DNA from: Minisyncoccia bacterium
GTDB lineage: Bacteria > Patescibacteriota > Minisyncoccia > Phycocordibacterales > Phycocordibacteraceae
Assembly: GCA_049305795.1 (NCBI GenBank)
Contig: JBAQPM010000005.1
Location: 1 to 57,519, forward strand
Length of the DNA: 57,519 bases
Reading direction: 5' to 3'
The first letter of the stretch is position 1; each line of letters opens with the position of its first letter. The notes beneath the pieces were generated by a model that saw only the letters and a program-made list of their open reading frames with translations, did not search any database and had not been told where the DNA came from. Made by a program: the position numbers and the translations under genes. Below, one piece after another: positions 27,890-36,744 of the stretch.

Positions 27890-28366
27890 ATGGATCCAAT
27901 TTTTCTCTTTCTATTTACAAAAGTTGCGAGTCTGGAAACTTTTTTCATTTTAAGCGCGTTTCTTTTGCTCTGGCTATACCTGCAAAAAAGGACGCGAAGC
28001 GCAGTCCTTTTCTTTGGCACCTGTACAGCCCTTATGACATCCGTCACTTTTTTGAAAAATCTTATAGAGATGCCTCGACCCCTTGGCCCTCTGATAGCAG
28101 TAACTGGATATGGGTTTCCGAGCGGTCACGCAGCAGGGGTTATGTTCTTGGGTCTTCTATTCTCCTTTTTGCAAAAGGAAAACGCTAGGCACATCCGCTA
28201 CTCTGTCTACATTTTTTCATTCCTGGTTGTAGCGGCAGTTGGAATAAGCCGAGTATATTTACATGTTCATACGCCCCTTCAAATACTAGCCGGCTATGCT
28301 CTTGGCATCCTGTGGGCAAGTATGTGGTTTTTGTTAGAGCAAAGAAACAAATTGCACATACTCTAA
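27890..28366 (+). CDS. PAP2-family membrane phosphatase
   Basis: Motifs PSGHAAG and SRVYLHVHTPLQ. TATAGT lies 6 nt upstream of the ATG. Confidence 0.85.
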   Translation: MDPIFLFLFTKVASLETFFILSAFLLLWLYLQKRTRSAVLFFGTCTALMTSVTFLKNLIEMPRPLGPLIAVTGYGFPSGHAAGVMFLGLLFSFLQKENARHIRYSVYIFSFLVVAAVGISRVYLHVHTPLQILAGYALGILWASMWFLLEQRNKLHIL

Positions 28367-28407
28367 TCCGCAATATATCCTTCAATAGACTTAGAATTGA
28401 CGCTATT

Positions 28408-28842
28408 TTACTCAAAAGGCGAGTAGCCTTGTTTTAAAAGGTTTTGAAATGAAAGAAACAGAGGCTCAGGTAATTCAGACCACGAAAACCATTTCCATTC
28501 TTGCCATTTTTCAGGTTCCATAATTTCGACCTCGCCGCCATCATAGTCGGCGCTTACAAACAACGTGACATAGTGCTTTTCTCCCGAGAAGAAATCCTCA
28601 GTAAACGTTACAAATGCCGCATTCTTAACAGACAGACCCGTTTCTTCCTTTGTTTCTCGGAGCGCACACTGAACAACTGTTTCTCCAAACTCTAAGTGGC
28701 CGCCAGGAAAACTCCACGTTCCCTGTCCGTGACTACTCTTTCGTTGTCCGACCAATACCTTGCCATCCTTTTTGACGATTACACCTACACCAACTTTTGG
28801 CCCATCTTTTTGCATACATGCACCCGAATCTTTATTGACCAT
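28408..28842 (-). CDS. NUDIX hydrolase
   Basis: Nudix box GGHLEFGETVVQCALRETKEETGL. An alternative start lies at 28815; the start at 28842 would overlap the upstream gene by 11 nt. Confidence 0.88.
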   Translation of the reverse strand: MVNKDSGACMQKDGPKVGVGVIVKKDGKVLVGQRKSSHGQGTWSFPGGHLEFGETVVQCALRETKEETGLSVKNAAFVTFTEDFFSGEKHYVTLFVSADYDGGEVEIMEPEKWQEWKWFSWSELPEPLFLSFQNLLKQGYSPFE

Positions 28843-29716
28843 AAAAACTTATCAGCGCCTTGATGCCAGCCAAGTTTTTCTCCCACTCGATCGTCTCATG
28901 TGTTTTAAGCTCTACGGTTATTGCAGGAATATTGATGGACGCGAGCCATCCTTCAGCGTCGCCGGTTATTGGATACGCGTCAAAAGACGCGATTGCTGGA
29001 TATCCGGCAGCACGCGCATATGCACTCATGACACTGAGCGTACCGGGAAGAATGCCTTTGTTACATTCTGATGCATACACGGCATTTGCCTGGCTGTGCC
29101 AGAAAACAACAGCATCCGGTGTATGTTTCAAAACAAAACTTCGAATTGCCTTTGTTTCTGGTTCAGAAAAAACGGCCGTGCCCGCACTCACAGGACGCCC
29201 CTGCCAGGTACTCGTAGCCTGCCAATTACAGTCAAAGTTGCGGTTGAGGTCGACATTGTTTGCATTGAAACGCCCTGCCGCGGCAGTGGCTGCATCAGGA
29301 GACACATTTGCCGTGGTAAAACGTCCCTCAGTACCCACCACTTTATACACACCGTCGGGGTTTGCAGATGGAATAACCGTCACAGCGAGACCTACGGGTA
29401 CTACAGTCGGGTTCGCCTTGAGATAATCCATGAACGCATAGGCCAGAAGGATACTGTTCCATTCGTACCCTCCATGCATGCCGCCCACAAAAAGGAGATG
29501 CTTGGCTCCGCTTCCGTAGGTGTATGCCGTTATTGAGCGTCCCTCAACGGAGGTACCAATCACTTCTGTTTTTGGATCCGGTTTCTGGACTTCAATCGGT
29601 TCTGCTGCTGGCGGTTCTGGCGTTTTGCCCAGATTCACGAATGCAATTGCACCGACGACAAGCGCCGCAAGAACCAGAATTCCTACAACAACTTGCTTCG
29701 TGAAGAAACGTTGCAT
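28832..29716 (-). CDS. Secreted M14-family zinc carboxypeptidase-like protein (copy 2)
   Basis: TM/signal anchor, GGMHGGYEWNS and NANNVDLNRNFDCNW. Its ATG overlaps the TAA of the upstream paralog (TAATG). Confidence 0.8.
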   Translation of the reverse strand: MQRFFTKQVVVGILVLAALVVGAIAFVNLGKTPEPPAAEPIEVQKPDPKTEVIGTSVEGRSITAYTYGSGAKHLLFVGGMHGGYEWNSILLAYAFMDYLKANPTVVPVGLAVTVIPSANPDGVYKVVGTEGRFTTANVSPDAATAAAGRFNANNVDLNRNFDCNWQATSTWQGRPVSAGTAVFSEPETKAIRSFVLKHTPDAVVFWHSQANAVYASECNKGILPGTLSVMSAYARAAGYPAIASFDAYPITGDAEGWLASINIPAITVELKTHETIEWEKNLAGIKALISFYGQ

Positions 29717-30627
29717 TACTCGGCGTAGTATTTGAGGAGCGCTTCGATACCTGCCCAGTTTTTAGTCCACTCAACAGACTCGTGCGTAGTAAGGAGAACG
29801 CTAATCGCGGGAATTTGCTGCTTTGCGAGCCAGTTCACCATGTCACCGGTTATTTCATAGAAATCAAAACTTTCATGAGCCGGATAACCCGAAGCCTTTG
29901 CATATTCCTTGGTAATTGCGAGTGTCTCAGACGAAACACCCGTGTGACAATTTGAAGCAAATACTCCCCCAGCAGCGCTATACCAAACAACCACCGCGCT
30001 TGGCTTGTGCGCTTCTATGTAACTCTTGAATGCTTTGCTCTCAGGCTCGGAGAATGCTTCGGTTCCGCCGCTCACGCTTTTGTTCTGCCATGTTCCTGTG
30101 GATTTCCAATCACAATCAAAGTTGCGGTTGAGGTCGACATTGTTTGCATTAAAGCGGCCAGGCACTGTTTTCTCTTGTGGAGAAGGAACATCTGCCGCTG
30201 CAAAACGGTCGGCAGTACCAACAACTTTATTCAAACCGTCTGGATTCAAAACCGGAATGACCGTTACCTTTATATTCTTCGGAATAGCATCAGGATGTCC
30301 CGCGAGATAGTCCATCAGCTGATACGCAACAAGAACGGTGTTCCATTCATACCCACCGTGTATGCCACCCACGAAAAGGAGTTCCGTGGTGCCCTCACCA
30401 TAATGAAAAGCAGTAATGTCGCGCTTTTCAACAGAAGTGCCGATAATGGTTTTGGTTTTGTCCTCCGGCACTTCTGATGTTGGCTGTTCACCTCCCGTTT
30501 GAGGGGTGCCAGTCGCTACATTCTCACCTGGGGTTACACTCCCGGCATCGGGAAGATTCTGCATAAGGAAATAAAGACCCCCGCCAATAAGAACAACGAC
30601 GACAAGCGCAATAAGGAATTTTGTCAT
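29716..30627 (-). CDS. Secreted M14-family zinc carboxypeptidase-like protein (copy 1)
   Basis: Same architecture as copy 2: GGIHGGYEWNT and NANNVDLNRNFDCDW. It shares a 35-nt identical DNA run with the paralog. Confidence 0.8.
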   Translation of the reverse strand: MTKFLIALVVVVLIGGGLYFLMQNLPDAGSVTPGENVATGTPQTGGEQPTSEVPEDKTKTIIGTSVEKRDITAFHYGEGTTELLFVGGIHGGYEWNTVLVAYQLMDYLAGHPDAIPKNIKVTVIPVLNPDGLNKVVGTADRFAAADVPSPQEKTVPGRFNANNVDLNRNFDCDWKSTGTWQNKSVSGGTEAFSEPESKAFKSYIEAHKPSAVVVWYSAAGGVFASNCHTGVSSETLAITKEYAKASGYPAHESFDFYEITGDMVNWLAKQQIPAISVLLTTHESVEWTKNWAGIEALLKYYAE

Positions 30628-30689
30628 AGCCTAATAGTACCGCGAATCCAAAATCTGCAAAGCGGCATAAAAATTCAAGAGACGAGGTG

Positions 30690-30935
30690 TTATCCTCGCC
30701 TCTCCATGACCTCTTCCTCGCTAATTTCCCGATAGATTGTGCAACGCTCCTCATCGAGCCTGCAACATTCGCATTCGAAGTCCCACCCCCACTCGAAATA
30801 TCCTCCATCAGGGTGCCGCATCACATGCATGCCAGGATGACCAATCGGAAGGATGCATTCAAGACTGGTCATATCCTCTTCGTACATGAATGGCAGAGGA
30901 TACGGATGAATGATTCCGCAGATTTGTTCGCTCAT
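30690..30935 (-). CDS. Hypothetical small Cys/acidic protein (81 aa)
   Basis: SD GAGGAG lies ~9 nt upstream of the ATG. It has a Cys cluster (WDFECECCRLDEERC); I recognise no family. Confidence 0.5.
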   Translation of the reverse strand: MSEQICGIIHPYPLPFMYEEDMTSLECILPIGHPGMHVMRHPDGGYFEWGWDFECECCRLDEERCTIYREISEEEVMERRG

Positions 30936-31243
30936 GACCCTATCTCCTCAAAAGGACCCTATTCAAGATACTACGGAAATTCTTTGAGAAGTAAATGAAG
31001 GCAGCCCCGAAGGGCTGCAGTTGTAATGGCGATCAAAGAGACATGTCCAACATGCTGATCCAGACTGTACTTCTTCAAAATTTCCCCGGTTTACCCTGCG
31101 CATAACGTTTATTCTTCGTGGGTATAAGTCACGGCTTCGCGCAGCTTTGTCATTCAAGATCGGGTACTCTCGCCGCCAAACTTATAAAAGCAAAACCAGC
31201 AGGAAATGTAAACGTATTACCAATTCACGTTGTCAGGCAAAGG

Positions 31244-32176
31244 TTATCTAAACACCACCGACCCACTATCAAACTTGAGGTCGAAGACAAGTTCTCCGCG
31301 AGAGGTAAAGTGATACCCCTGCGTGTTCTGTAGCAACGATGCAAAATCAGACTCTTGGGAGCCTTCGCAATACATTTGAGTGCTCATCATCTGGGAAAAA
31401 GAAACGGTGTTTGAGTTGGCGACATAATTCCCTCCAATGCCATCACAATCCGTTTTGGCGGAAAACCTCCCATCAGCACTAAAGGTGAGTGTAAACACTC
31501 CTGCGTTTTTGGGCCGCGCTTCCCGCCCATCGTTATAAAGAGCTGAAACCCACACCCAGGTTTTCATACCAAGCGTCATCCGCGAAGGATCCGCTTCGCC
31601 TTCGAAATTCTGTGCGACTTCTCCAAATTGCATCGCATTTAAGTCAAGCAGAAGTGAAATGCTTTTGCCGACCGAAGGTGAAATCGAAAAAGGTTCCCCA
31701 GGAGCACGATCTGCATAAGTAACGACGACGATTTTTCCGGTTCCTTTTTCAATTGTTTGAGGAGCAATGCGATCACCTAGAAGCAACGCTTCAGATCCAA
31801 CATACCCCCGGTCGGTGTTGAGGGCTGCCACAACGTAATAAAAGATTCCACTTCCACCTGTTTCCTGCGTAAGCAAAAAGACAATGTCCTCCCGTCCATC
31901 ACCGTTTAAGTCAGTCTTCAATTCATTTCCAAAATATCGAGTAATTATTTTGGAAGCAGAGCCAGGAGCCGCCGCTGTCTCGGCAACACCGTCGGTAAGT
32001 CGAATTCGCTCGCCCTGAATAATAAACTCCGCATCTTTATACTCACTCGCAGCATACGCTTGCTTTTCTTCGTAAATATACTTATTGAGCGCGTAAAAGG
32101 CGGCAACAAGGCCAAGCACCACAAGGATAATAAGAAAAACAATCGTCCTGCCCACAAAAAATTGCCGCAAGTTCAT
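31244..32176 (-). CDS. Membrane-anchored protein: FG-GAP/VCBS-like N-domain plus C-terminal META (HslJ-like) domain
   Basis: TM helix (IVFLIILVVLGLVAAFYAL) and loop TDLNGDGREDIVFLL. C-terminal META-like segment (FSADGRFSAKTDCDGIGGNYVANSNTVSFSQMMSTQMYCEG). Confidence 0.7.
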   Translation of the reverse strand: MNLRQFFVGRTIVFLIILVVLGLVAAFYALNKYIYEEKQAYAASEYKDAEFIIQGERIRLTDGVAETAAAPGSASKIITRYFGNELKTDLNGDGREDIVFLLTQETGGSGIFYYVVAALNTDRGYVGSEALLLGDRIAPQTIEKGTGKIVVVTYADRAPGEPFSISPSVGKSISLLLDLNAMQFGEVAQNFEGEADPSRMTLGMKTWVWVSALYNDGREARPKNAGVFTLTFSADGRFSAKTDCDGIGGNYVANSNTVSFSQMMSTQMYCEGSQESDFASLLQNTQGYHFTSRGELVFDLKFDSGSVVFR

Positions 32177-32228
32177 GTCAAAACTATAGCATTTTCATGT
32201 TTCCGGGACACCAAGTGTATAATTACTA

Positions 32229-32257
32229 TTGCAAATATTTTGCGATAAATATATACT
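32229..32257 (+). promoter_or_regulatory. Promoter TTGCAA-17-TATACT with an overlapping imperfect palindrome (candidate Fur/Zur box)
   Basis: TTGCAA (32229-32234), a 17-nt spacer, then TATACT (32252-32257). Palindrome TTGCAAA-TAT-TTTGCGA (32229-32245). The ATG at 32265 lies only 7 nt after the -10 element. Confidence 0.6.
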
Positions 32258-32264
32258 ACCCGCT

Positions 32265-32681
32265 ATGGCACCTATTGACTTCTCCCACCTGCTCCGCAAA
32301 GGCGGAATGCGCGCGACCGAAGGTCGCGTTCAACTCCTCAAGGTTCTGGCTGAAGAAAAGAAACCAGTGACTATAGAGGAGCTAAAGAAAAAGCTTTCCG
32401 GCCACCTTGATATGGTCAATGTGTACCGCGCACTTGAAGCGCTCAAAAAGGCGGGTATCGTCGAGCGTATGGATTTTCAACATGGCCATGCCCACTACGA
32501 GCTTGTGGCCGGACGTCCTCATCACCATCATGCAATCTGTCGTTCCTGCGGAACGATCGAAGATATCGAAATCCCTCATTCCGCAAAGCCAGAAAAGGAG
32601 GCCGAACGCCGCGCGAAAAAATTCTCTATCATCGATTCCTACAGCCTCGAGTTCTTTGGTCTTTGTACTAGCTGCACGTAA
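32265..32681 (+). CDS. Fur-family metalloregulator (likely Zur, given the adjacent ZIP transporter)
   Basis: wHTH N-domain (RVQLLKVLAEEKKPVTIEEL) and metal sites HHHHAICRSCG ... CTSC. Confidence 0.85.
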   Translation: MAPIDFSHLLRKGGMRATEGRVQLLKVLAEEKKPVTIEELKKKLSGHLDMVNVYRALEALKKAGIVERMDFQHGHAHYELVAGRPHHHHAICRSCGTIEDIEIPHSAKPEKEAERRAKKFSIIDSYSLEFFGLCTSCT

Positions 32682-32690
32682 CAACACAAT

Positions 32691-33437
32691 ATGATTATCT
32701 TATTTACCCTCGCAAGCGTTTTCACTATCAGCCTTATCTCCTTTGTGGGCGTTACTACCCTCGTTCTGAAAAAAGATTTCCTTAACAAAAGCGTCTTTGT
32801 GCTCGTGAGTCTCGCCGTTGGCGCCCTTCTTGGAGATGTTTTCGTTCACATCATTCCAGAAACCTATGAAGAGTTGGGCAATCCGCTCGCAATCTCGCTT
32901 ACCTTCATTGCAGGTATCTTAATCTTTTTCATTTTGGAAAAAATATTGCACTGGCACCACCATACTTCAGAACATGCAGAACAGCACCCGCACCCCATTG
33001 GCAACATGGTCCTCGTTGGCGATGGCGTTCATAATTTCATCGACGGTCTCATTGTCGCCGCAAGCTACATGGTCTCAATAGAAGTAGGCATCGCGACCAC
33101 CATCGCCGTCATTCTCCACGAAATTCCGCAAGAAATCGGAAACTTCGGTGTGCTTATTCATGCGGGGTATAGCAAAGGAAAGGCGCTCTGGTACAACTTT
33201 CTTTCTGCACTTGCGGCAGTCGCTGGTGCTGTCATTGCCCTTATGCTTGGCGGCGTGACCGAACAGTTCGCACTTTGGCTTCTTCCTCTTACCGCAGGAG
33301 GCTTCATTTACATTGCTCTTTCAGACCTTATCCCCGAGCTTCACAAAGATCGGCGCCTTAGTCAGGGAGTAATTCAAGTCATCGCCATTCTCGTTGGCGT
33401 GTTGTCGATGACAGTCTTGCTTGCTCTTGAAGGGTAA
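32691..33437 (+). CDS. ZIP-family zinc/metal transporter (ZupT-like)
   Basis: Polytopic, with a His-rich loop (HWHHHTSEHAEQHPHP) and the ZIP signature HEIPQEIGNFGVL. Confidence 0.88.
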   Translation: MIILFTLASVFTISLISFVGVTTLVLKKDFLNKSVFVLVSLAVGALLGDVFVHIIPETYEELGNPLAISLTFIAGILIFFILEKILHWHHHTSEHAEQHPHPIGNMVLVGDGVHNFIDGLIVAASYMVSIEVGIATTIAVILHEIPQEIGNFGVLIHAGYSKGKALWYNFLSALAAVAGAVIALMLGGVTEQFALWLLPLTAGGFIYIALSDLIPELHKDRRLSQGVIQVIAILVGVLSMTVLLALEG

Positions 33438-33447
33438 TTATTCCGCT

Positions 33448-34176
33448 TTAATCAATTTCGATATGTAAAGGCGCGTGATCAGATACTTCCTCTGGCAAAA
33501 CTTTAAAATCAATCACGGTAACTTCAGGAGAAACCAGCGCATAGTCAGCAAATTTACCCTCTTTTTCATAGAAACTGGTGCGTGTAGAGGTAATACCATA
33601 TTCCTTCACGAGATTTCTCATACCTTCTTCGGCGATGGCGAGACTTTCGGTGTCTGGATTCAAATTAAAATCGCCGACCACAATTTTCTGTTCATTCTTT
33701 CCATGCACAAAATTTTGTATTCGCTTGGACTGTTCAAGACGATCTGGAGTATCCGTTTTCCCCATTCCGTTCCAAAGACCATGCACGTTTGCTAGAAGCG
33801 TTGGTTTACCGTTTATGCTGAAACGAATGTATTGGAGATTCCTGCTATGTTTTCCTCTCTCCTCGGGAAACTCATTCTCAAATATCAACAAATCTCCTTC
33901 TTCATCAAGAGAAATTTCTTTTCGCACAAAAATTGCAAGTCCATAATAATCAGCAACCGAAGGTCTGAAATAGCCAACGTGAGTATCCAACACTGCCTGA
34001 ATGTCGGTAAAAAGAGTAAGTGCGTCGTTTCTAAAACGGGATCTATTCTCTTTTCCCTCTGCTTCGTGATAAATCTCTTGGAGACAGAAAATATCAATTT
34101 CTTTATTATTTTCAAAGAAATCTAGGAGCGGTTTGTGTAGCAGCCCACCCCACGTATTGAGCGAAACTATTTTCAT
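33448..34176 (-). CDS. Endonuclease/exonuclease/phosphatase (EEP) family protein
   Basis: N-terminus IVSLNTWGG...DIFCLQEI and C-terminus SDHAPL, typical of the EEP fold. Confidence 0.78.
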   Translation of the reverse strand: MKIVSLNTWGGLLHKPLLDFFENNKEIDIFCLQEIYHEAEGKENRSRFRNDALTLFTDIQAVLDTHVGYFRPSVADYYGLAIFVRKEISLDEEGDLLIFENEFPEERGKHSRNLQYIRFSINGKPTLLANVHGLWNGMGKTDTPDRLEQSKRIQNFVHGKNEQKIVVGDFNLNPDTESLAIAEEGMRNLVKEYGITSTRTSFYEKEGKFADYALVSPEVTVIDFKVLPEEVSDHAPLHIEID

Positions 34177-34194
34177 AAAGAAAAGTCAGATCTT

Positions 34195-34848
34195 TTAGTT
34201 AAACTCTAAATATTTACCGCCGCCGACTATCCTAACCTTTCCATCAATCACTTCGAGCGCTGACTGATCATCAAGAAAATAGATCTTTTTTGATACTTCA
34301 TTTGCAACCTTATTTGCGTTCTCTTCCATTCTTTCTGGGAAGAAAGGTGAATTTAGATGAGGAAGAAAATAAAAATCGACCAAACCCAAGCCGTCCATAT
34401 TTTTTTCTTCCAAGTCCTCACCATAAATTACCTGAGACAAGCGCAAAGCGAGATCAGGACCAGTTACCATACTCCCCGCACTCAAACCAACATACACTCT
34501 AGTTTTAAGTAACTCGGGTAGAATTTTTACGAGACCAGATTTATTTATCCATCTCATTAGATGATACGTATTGCCTCCTTCAAAGAACAGGACGTCAGCA
34601 TTTTCCAGTTGTGGTTTCCAAATGCTTTCCGGAACTGCGGAAATATCAGCTATCGCGATGGATTTAAAACCTTGTTTTTTAATATTTGCAAGATCATCGA
34701 TAAGCCAACCCTTATCATCTGTCTCAATGTTTGAAGCCGTGGGAATAAAGCAGAGGGAGGTATCTTCTGGCCTCTTCCCCACCATTTCAAAGAGAGTATC
34801 TGCAATGGCCTGATTTGATAATCCTCCCGAGGTGAGAAGTAATTTCAT
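34195..34848 (-). CDS. Peptidase S51 (dipeptidase E-like) family protein
   Basis: LLLTSGG, FFEGGNTYHL and nucleophile context VGLSAGSMV. Confidence 0.78.
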   Translation of the reverse strand: MKLLLTSGGLSNQAIADTLFEMVGKRPEDTSLCFIPTASNIETDDKGWLIDDLANIKKQGFKSIAIADISAVPESIWKPQLENADVLFFEGGNTYHLMRWINKSGLVKILPELLKTRVYVGLSAGSMVTGPDLALRLSQVIYGEDLEEKNMDGLGLVDFYFLPHLNSPFFPERMEENANKVANEVSKKIYFLDDQSALEVIDGKVRIVGGGKYLEFN

Positions 34849-34927
34849 ACTCGGAATAATAGCAAATCTAGCTCGCTTGTGGTGAGACCAGAATCTTTAC
34901 ACAATAGAGGGAATGTAATATCCCCTA

Positions 34928-35425
34928 TCAAGATAGATGTGCGGCAATCTTTTTAACTGCCTGGTCAAAATTCACTCCTACGTTCACAAATTCAAGGGGT
35001 AGTTTAGCCTCTGCAAATATCTCCTTCACGAGCTCGTCTCGCTCTATCCTATCGGCTCTGTGGTGAGAACTACCGTTTACCTCAACTGCGACTATCGGTT
35101 TAAAATAGCGGTCGCAAATTAGGAAATCTATGTGTTTCGGAAGTATCTTATTCCGTCGTCGATAAAATCCTTTTCCGTCCACAGCATCTATTATGTCGGC
35201 AATACGCATATTCGGAAATATGTGATACTCGCTCGACAATTGTTTTCGTAGTTCATAGAAGAAAGCGCTTTCGCTTTTGTTCATGATACTTTCTCGCTTT
35301 CGAAACGAAGGAGCAGAATTGACGGTTCCTGCCAGAACAGAAGTACCGAGCATTTGCACAACCCACGTTATTCCAAGTATTACGAGCACAAATATGGCCA
35401 GCCAGAAGACAGACATCATAATCAA
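34928..35425 (-). CDS. DUF2726-type (restriction-endonuclease-fold) membrane-anchored protein
   Basis: N-terminal TM helix, then ESAFFYELRKQL...HIDFLICD...PIVAVEVNGSSHH...RIERDELVKEIF, matching my recollection of DUF2726. Confidence 0.6.
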   Translation of the reverse strand: MIMMSVFWLAIFVLVILGITWVVQMLGTSVLAGTVNSAPSFRKRESIMNKSESAFFYELRKQLSSEYHIFPNMRIADIIDAVDGKGFYRRRNKILPKHIDFLICDRYFKPIVAVEVNGSSHHRADRIERDELVKEIFAEAKLPLEFVNVGVNFDQAVKKIAAHLS

Positions 35426-35579
35426 TGTTAACTATAGTAGGTAATTATACTCCTATCATTAATTTTTATTTACCTACCTGCGGTCGCTCGGCGATATGTT
35501 GCAAGATAGGATTCGTTCTCATCTTCCAATTTCGAGATACATATCCTTTCTGGATGTTGGTTCTAGACTCAAACAGGGG

Positions 35580-36554
35580 TCAATAGAAAGTAGTAAGAGT
35601 CTTGTGATGCGGCTTCGAGAAGGTCGTCGCTTTCGCTTTTACCCAAAGAATCCAATCGAGCTCATTGGTGCTTATTTCCCTTCCCAATCTCTCAATCTCA
35701 TTTCGTATCTGCTCGATGGCTGCGATAGAGCTTGCGCGCAATTCAACTTCCTTCTGGGAACCTGCCGGTATGAGGATCTCATTGACTACATCCGCGTCAA
35801 GTTCAGAGCTGTACCTTAGAACGCCGAATGATTCGAGGATTTGTGGGAGTTTATAGTCTGCGAATACGGTCAGATTCCCGAGGTTCGTGATAGTTAGTTC
35901 AGAAAGCCCGGCAAATGAGAGGTCGGAAACAAATATCTGTGCTCGCTTTAGTAAGAAGATTTGATGCCCATTCCAATCTACGGAATCATCGAAACTTGGG
36001 AAATGTTCTAGGAGGAGCGAGACAATTCTGTCTGCGTCCATTCCTGCTTCCTTAAGGATATTCAGCGCTTGGCCGTCAAAATGCTCTCTAAGGATTCTGA
36101 AGTTCTCTCGAATAATCTCTAGTCGCTCTTCCATGAGAAGTAGTTCGTTACGACCTGCAGCAAATATCGACCCAAAGTCTTCTTCGGGAATCTGGCTAAG
36201 ATATTCAGCATCGAAGAGTCTTGGATCTTTGAGGAAGGCGTCTTTTATAGCTTTCGAATACGCATAGTATCCGCCTACCCATTCTCCATTAATCGAATAT
36301 TCCCACCGGGTCTTCCCTTTCGGTGCCCAGAAGCAGAAGTTAATACTATCAAGAAAGAGATAGTATTGGACTGTCTCTTCAGGAGTGCCGAGTAGCTGTA
36401 GGTCATTATCCCAGGACGGTACAGGCGATTCCATAAACTCCTTTGCTATCCCCGTGATCCTTTCGTTGTCGATAGTAACAAAAGTCGGGTGCGCGAGGAT
36501 AGGGGTGAGAGAATTTAGGATCTTTTCCCGTGTGGTCATAGCACTATGGTACAC
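35580..36554 (-). CDS. Queuosine-salvage family protein (DUF2419/QNG1-like), tentative
   Basis: 324 aa with a LFLDSINFCFW block and overall resemblance to the DUF2419 family as I recall it; not verified. Confidence 0.5.
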   Translation of the reverse strand: MYHSAMTTREKILNSLTPILAHPTFVTIDNERITGIAKEFMESPVPSWDNDLQLLGTPEETVQYYLFLDSINFCFWAPKGKTRWEYSINGEWVGGYYAYSKAIKDAFLKDPRLFDAEYLSQIPEEDFGSIFAAGRNELLLMEERLEIIRENFRILREHFDGQALNILKEAGMDADRIVSLLLEHFPSFDDSVDWNGHQIFLLKRAQIFVSDLSFAGLSELTITNLGNLTVFADYKLPQILESFGVLRYSSELDADVVNEILIPAGSQKEVELRASSIAAIEQIRNEIERLGREISTNELDWILWVKAKATTFSKPHHKTLTTFY

Positions 36555-36744
36555 GAATTTGAGTTCGATTTCCTAGACGGGTACGGGTTTAGAAATATCG
36601 AACCAATTTTTCAGATGGCTTATTTATTGACCTGTTTAGGTCCTTCGATACTTTTCTAGACTGCTGACTGACACGGTCACGAGCTTGTGTAACGAGACAC
36701 CACAACACATTTAACGATCCCTTCTACTCCTTGTATGAGGTGTC

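Noticed and set aside
31020-31243. ~220-nt ORF-free gap downstream of the META-domain gene, considered as an ncRNA or pseudogene
   Set aside because: Apart from a terminator-like hairpin (gcagccc-cgaa-gggctgc, 31002-31019), I saw no convincing structure, repeats or coding remnant.
36558-36580. T-arm-like sequence (gagttcgatttcctagac) at the candidate left end of the island, considered as a displaced tRNA-Gln 3' fragment
   Set aside because: It is in the opposite orientation to that expected for an att direct repeat and matches only GTTCGA plus CCTAG. This is likely chance.
36712-36719. 8-nt match (acgatccc) to the tRNA-Gln 5' region near the left island border
   Set aside because: It is too short to be meaningful, and it corresponds to the tRNA end distal from the island.
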